Source: Ylistrum balloti (lineage: Eukaryota). Taken from it: a stretch of DNA of 64,000 nt. A model generated the notes under the pieces. The model did not search any database. It worked only from the letters and a program-made list of their open reading frames with translations, and was not told the origin of the DNA. Shown in pieces: positions 58,301 to 64,000 of this stretch. Location of the stretch: the NCBI RefSeq assembly GCF_031769215.1, contig NW_026782437.1, positions 248,001-312,000 on the forward strand, in the 5' to 3' direction. The first letter of the stretch is position 1; each line of letters starts with the position of its first letter. The position numbers and the translations under genes were made by a program.

Positions 58301-59793
58301 TGAAAATGTCAGCATTATTTTTGTTGCGTAAACAAATGCTCTTAGTCGAACCCTGTTGACTAACGTTCCACGAGGCTTGATGTGTGTAGGTCAAACTAAC
58401 ACACGTATACTGTCCTTTCGTTTAACTTTTGACCGGATATGGCATGAAGTATATGTTTACGTGCACACATACACATGTATACATACACACGTAGATGTGA
58501 GGCGTCGATAAAGAACCACCCATTTTGACCGTAATTTTGACTAAAAACACAATACAAAATATCCTAAAATATCCTAATACCAAATAGATAACAAATTTGC
58601 TTATCAACAGCAACGTATTTTGACAAAAGAACAGCATAGACATATTTCAAAATCGGAAATGTTTCATAAAAAAGATCCTGGTAGTACGAATAAACCTATT
58701 ATTGTTGTCATTTTCAGTTATTTATTCAAGAAGCTGGAAGAAATTGTCTCGCTGTATTTTCGATGGTTCATTTTTTAAAATATTTTTTGAGACCTTGAAA
58801 CAAAAAATGTATTTTTAAGCGAAGCCAAGTGAAGGACTAAAGTTTTCTGTATTTAATTAAATTTTCAATGATGGTTTTTTTGGTGATTTTATACCGTAAT
58901 TAAAAATACTGCAAGATGGAAGACCTAGACGATAGCCTCTATCGTATTATAAGGTTTTACACGATGTTGAAACAAATTTCATTGATCTACGTTAACTTTA
59001 TAGTTTAACAATGGTAAACCCTATGAACGACTTTTTCCGAATAACTTCCATTTGATTCTATCTTGGTGTTTCGTTTAGTCCATTATTTTCCACTTTTGGT
59101 ATCTCTTGTGACCCGTACTCAAATGACTGTGTCAAGTACTTAAACCTCGTTAAAGCAGATCTTGCGAACAATGAAACATAGATATTTACTCTTTGTCTTT
59201 TGACATCAGCAAGGCGACTGATCAGGATTCTTTTTCAAGATCATGCTTCAGTTACACGAAAATTTCTGTTTGTAAAATGATAATTTAATGTCAAGAATAT
59301 TGTTATTAATTTTTTAAGACAGAAATTTTCCGTCTAACGCTGCTGACTGAAAAAAAACGCACACAGAAAAATAAAATAAAACCGCAAGATAGCTCATTTG
59401 GCGAAAACTGGTAGCATAATTACAGGGATGATATTAAGATTGAAGCTGAAAATTAAGAGATTATACAAATAACAGAATTTTATGTTTTATTCTTTGAATA
59501 GCTATTGCGTAACCCTGTCTGGGAATCCCGTCTTCATATCACCTGATGTTCTATTATAGGGACGTGGTACCAATTTTCATCCCCATAGTTCAGATTATAA
59601 GGATAAGGTGCAGGACACTTCTATTTATGCTTATGTACACTGACATTCTTGTTAAGTCACTCTTCATTCTAATGCAAAACCTTTCATTTTGTTGAAGAAT
59701 CTGTCGCTCACGTAATAGTATTATTAAAATCATTGTTTTGTTGACTTTCAGAAGGAATACAAGCCCACAAAATCACGAGGAAAACCCACGAAG
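55265..59793 (+). CDS. HMGA: HMGA-like AT-hook chromatin protein, first three coding exons (3' end not located)
   Basis: join(55265..55369,55617..55685,59752..59793): MSESASVSNVASGGDSAAQPPKRGRGRPRKPKPDQ / PEEPKPKRPRGRPPGSTKKPNTK / KEYKPTKSRGKPTK. One hook per short phase-0 exon, as in HMGA genes; caccATG context. Confidence 0.85.
55617..55685 (+). CDS. HMGA: HMGA exon 2 (AT-hook 2)
   Basis: ttctag|; KRPRGRPPGSTKK; AAG|gtatgt. Confidence 0.9.
55645..56545 (+). repeat. 48-53 bp array of the AT-hook-2 coding segment plus donor, about 17 intronic copies
   Basis: gtatgtatccgcgaggacggccacccggtagtaccaaaaaacccaacaccaag. Confidence 0.95.
59752..59793 (+). CDS. HMGA: HMGA exon 3 (degenerate hook)
   Basis: gactttcag|AAG..AAG|gtaagt, 42 nt, phase 0. 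Confidence 0.7.
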
Positions 59794-59797
59794 GTAA

Positions 59798-61020
59798 GTC
59801 CGTCTATCATCGTCCTGTTACAATACTACAAGGTAACAAATCCATCCCTGTCCGTCCATCGTCGTCCTGTTACAATACTACAGGGTAACAAGTCCCACCC
59901 CTGTCCGTCCATCGTCGTCCTGTTACAATACTACAGGTTAACAAGCCCACCCCTGTCCGTCCATCGTCGTCCTGTTACAATACTACAGGGCAACAAGACC
60001 ACCCCTGTCCTTCCATCGTCATCCTGTTATAATAGCACAGGGTAACATGTACCACCCCTGTCCGTCCATCGTCGTCCAATACAATACTACAGGGTAACAA
60101 GTCACCCCTGTCCGTCTATCGTCGTCCTGTTACAATACTACAAGGTAACAAGCCCACCCCTGTCCGTCCATCGTCATCCTTTTAAAATACTACAGGGTAA
60201 CAAGTCCACCCCTGTCCGTCCATCGTCGTCCTGTTACAATATCCCACCCATGTCCGTCCATCGTCGTCCTGTTACAATATCCCACCCCTGTCCGTCCATC
60301 GTTGTCCTGTTACAATATCCCACCCATGTCCGTCCATCGTCACCCTGTTACATTACTACAGGGTAACATGTAACACCCCTGTTCTTCCATATCACCCCTG
60401 TGCGTCCATCGCCATCCTGTGACAATACTACAGGGTAACAAGTCCACCCCTGTCCGTCCATCGTCGTCCTGTTACAATATACCACCCATGTCCGTCCATC
60501 GTCACCCTGTTACAATACTACAGGGTAACATGTAACACCCCTGTCCTTCCATACCACCCCTGTGCGTCCATCGTCATCCTGTTACAATACTACAGGGTAA
60601 CAAGTCCACCACTGTCCGTCCATCGTCGTCCTGTTACAATACTACAAGGTAACAAGTCCCACGCTATCTGTCCATCGTCGTCCTGTAACAAAACTACAGG
60701 GTAACATGTCCACCCCTGTCCGTCCATCGTCGTCCTGTTACAATACTACAAGGTAACAAGTCCCACGCTATCTGTCCATCGTCGTCCTGTAACAAAACTA
60801 CAGGGTAACATGTCCACCCCTGTCCGTCCATCGTCGCCCTGTTACAATACTACAAGGTAACAAGTCCCACGCTATCTGTCCATCGTCGTCCTGTAACAAA
60901 ACTACAGGGTAACATGTCCACCACTGTCCGTCTATCGTCGTCCTGTTACAATACTACAGGGTAACAAGTCACCCCCTGTCCGTCTATCGTCGTCCTGTTA
61001 CTAACTATAGGGTAACAAAT
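59798..61020 (+). repeat. C-rich 50-54 bp array starting within the HMGA exon 3 donor, about 24 copies
   Basis: gtccgtccatcgtcgtcctgttacaatactacagggtaacaagtccacccct. Confidence 0.95.
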
Positions 61021-61296
61021 CCCACCCTATCTGACCCACAGGTACCGGTCTTGTTCACTATCTGACTTCCGATTCTCAATCCGGACGAGCCAGATTTACC
61101 GAATTGTTCTGAAAAAGATAAACGTTAGGTGTTTTTGACAATCATAGTAACTCTTACTATAGCAACCAGGAAAAACTATAGCAACTAGAAACTGTAGTGC
61201 CTATTTAGGTAGTGGCCGCGATAGAACCAGCAAAACCATAATAATGGCATTTACTTGTATTTTTTGAGTGGAAACTGTAGTGCCTATTTAGGTAGT

Positions 61297-61580
61297 GGCC
61301 GCGATAGCTCAAACGATCAGAACGTTAGGCCTCGTCACCTCGAAAGTTGGAGGTCCGAGGTGCGTGGTTCGAAACTCCCTACCCGTGTCGGTTTGTGTAA
61401 GTCAGGAAGCTTAGTAACAGACCAGTCTGTGCTCTTGTGATTGTGTCCTATGGTAAGACACTTGACGCTAATTCCTCTGAATGACATGCGACGGGCCTCC
61501 CGCATGTTGTCCACTGAGGTAGTCACCAGCTCAAAATGACCTAAGGGGATAAATCCAGTACACGGCAAACAGCAAACCAG
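61297..61580 (+). mobile_element. tRNA-derived SINE with CORE-like central motif
   Basis: ggccgcgatagctcaaacg (A box), ggttcgaaactcc (B box), tgtgtcctatggtaagacactt resembling the CORE motif, tail ending aaacagcaaacc; a second copy lies on the minus strand at 33629-33788. Confidence 0.7.
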
Positions 61581-62929
61581 TATAGGTAATTGTTTGGCCG
61601 AGCTGCTACTCAACATAGGCTGGGTTACTACTTGACCCGCTATAACCATGTTTCGTCTTTAATTGACGTGTTAATACCAGTGTTGTACTGATTAGGGCCA
61701 CAAACTAAGTACTTCCTGTCATCGAGCAGCCATCTTATTTACGTTGCTCCGACGGGGCAGTTTTCCTAATGCCGTACCTACCAGTAGTGTATTTTTTTCC
61801 TTTTTACGAGATAATTTCCCCTCGGTTCACCACCGACTTGTCTTTATTTACGTCTCGTTGACGACACAACAACTTCCGTCACAGATGGGTATCTGGATTT
61901 TGAGTGGCCTCTTTTGGGTGATACCGCGCTCTCTCCTATATCAAACAAAACACGTGCGTATTTGTGTACAAGTATATAAGTAATCTGTTGGTATTTTATC
62001 ATTCATCTGTCCGCCAGCTGATCCTTAAAGAATTTCACGGATTTAAGTTTTTAAAATGTAATTTGAATGTGTTCGCGAAGTACTGTATCAGTTTAAATTG
62101 TTATACGGAGTCAGATATAACGATACTTTCAAACAACTGCTCCTTCATCTTAGTAAGTATTCAAAATAGCAAGTAACCGAGTTTGTTAAATTTAATGAGA
62201 TGTTGTTCGTGTCACCCTCATTCAATGTCGCACGTACATCTGTGTCGAAATTTTCATTTTATCAGAAAAAAACTTCTTCCGATACTCAGTAAAGACACAT
62301 TTTCCCTGCCTTTTTTTCTTTCGTCGTTAAAAATACCAAACTCGAAAAAAAAATCAGTTTCTTACTGTATGTTGAATCTTTTCCTTTATTTCTGTTGATA
62401 AATAATTTAATCAAACAAAATCTTTGTCTTCTTGGAATAGTTTTTATTATATGGTTTGGTAAGAAAACGGACAATTTAGTGAACGGGCCGGATACTGAAA
62501 ATGTATTTCTCGTAATGAAAGTGTGCCTAATCGGTAATAAGGAAGCTTGTAACCTATGATGCCAGACTCTATCTTGAGACAGTCAAAGATAAATCTAACT
62601 TATGCCCGATAAAGCAACTTTACATAATAATCCTAATGTATACATCATAAAAATGTACAGGAAATTGTTCTGGATCAATGGAAAAATAGATTATTGAGTT
62701 AACGAGAGTATAAGATGAAATATTCACGACAATTATGAATGATATATTAGCAAACAATTATGATAATTTGCTTTATTTCGTCAGGTCAAGCTGGGTTTAT
62801 AACGATATTTTGTACATCAGAGAACATTTCTGTATTACATACCCTATTATATCTCTTCATTGATTTAAAGAAAACCTTTGACAAACTGTTGTTAACAATA
62901 TTGTGGTAAGAAAATTCTGAACAGTAACA

Positions 62930-63410
62930 CTAGGGGTTCAAAATAGTAACACATGGGATTCAAAACAGTCATAGAAGGGGTTCAACACAGTAACACAAGG
63001 GGTTCAAAACAGTAACACATGGGATTCAAAACAGTAACACAAAGGGTTCAAAACAGTAACACACGGGGTTCAAAACATTAACACAGGGGTTCAAAACAGC
63101 AATACAAGGTATTCAAAACAGTAACACAAGGGGTTCAATACAGTAACACAAAGGGTTCAAAACAGCAATAAAAAGGGATCCAAAACAGTAACACACGGGG
63201 TTCAAAACAGTAACACAAAGGGTTCAAAACAGTAACACAAGGGGTTCCAAACAGTAATAAAAGGGATTCAAAACAGTAACACAAGGGGTTCCAAACAGTA
63301 ACACACGGGGTTCAAAACAGTAACACAAGGGGTTCAAAACAGTAACACACGGGGTTCAGAATAGTAACACAAGGGGTTCCAAACAGTAATAAAAGGGATT
63401 CAAAACAGTA
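62930..63410 (+). repeat. 22-23 bp minisatellite, about 21 copies
   Basis: ggggttcaaaacagtaacacaa. Confidence 0.95.
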
Positions 63411-64000
63411 AACAGAATTAATTGTGTTAGTTTCGAACGCTGAATCAGAAATTTCCCATAAAAGAATTAATGGAGATCGATCGGAGTCCCTCGCGAGGAA
63501 GGATTTTGTCCCTTATGTACTAATTACATTGTGGCGAGGAGTTCCATTATAGTTAGTATTAATCTGTAGTCTTAGTATTACTATGTTAATTAAAATAATC
63601 TTAAAATGGAAAAGATATGTTTCTAATATATAATAATTTGTTATGAACAAAAGGAAGTAATTTTTAACAAATGAATAATAATAATAAAATTACAAAATGT
63701 CTAAAAATAGCATACAAATACAAAATACATACAGTATAGGTTGGACTGAATTTTGTTTGTTTTGTTTTATTTGTTTTTGTTTGTTTGTTTTTTTTTCATT
63801 ATTCTGTTCACATCATGTTTATGTATAAGTCGCCTCCTGTTAAAAGTGTAGACGTGCGGCTATAGAGAAAACGGAATGAAGCATGAGATTTCGATTCTTG
63901 TTAACCGGTGAAGTATGAAGAAATTGAAACCGTTTCTGGCGCACAACAAAATATGATACTAGCATGAACTAAACGCATAATAACGAGTACGTTACGTGTG

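Noticed and set aside
25221-61020. CRISPR-like arrays
   Set aside because: Units abut directly with no unique spacers, there are no cas genes, and the context is eukaryotic and intronic.

Overview
This is AT-rich, intron-dense eukaryotic DNA, probably from a bivalve mollusc (inferred from HINE/Helentron-like and tRNA-SINE repeat types, not proven). I assembled three + strand genes by hand from splice signals and remembered homology. (1) The last 9 coding exons of ABTB1 (3341-11325; the ankyrin exons lie upstream of the window). (2) A complete DCAF1/VprBP: 36 coding exons, 19815-45114, 4758 nt = 1585 aa, frame continuous across all junctions, with one U12-type intron. (3) The first three coding exons of an HMGA-like AT-hook gene (55265-59793; 3' end not found). 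Nearly all long ORFs in the supplied track are read-throughs of 22-84 bp minisatellites, not genes. I found no prokaryotic-type system, CRISPR array or autonomous transposon. The most unusual signal is that seven tandem arrays across all three genes are built from a splice junction itself (exon end plus 5' donor, or 3' acceptor plus exon start), producing runs of decoy splice sites. One of these (DCAF1 exon 15) has the geometry of a tandem-duplication intron-gain intermediate, and another amplifies an AT-hook-coding segment about 17 times. Copy numbers are hand estimates.
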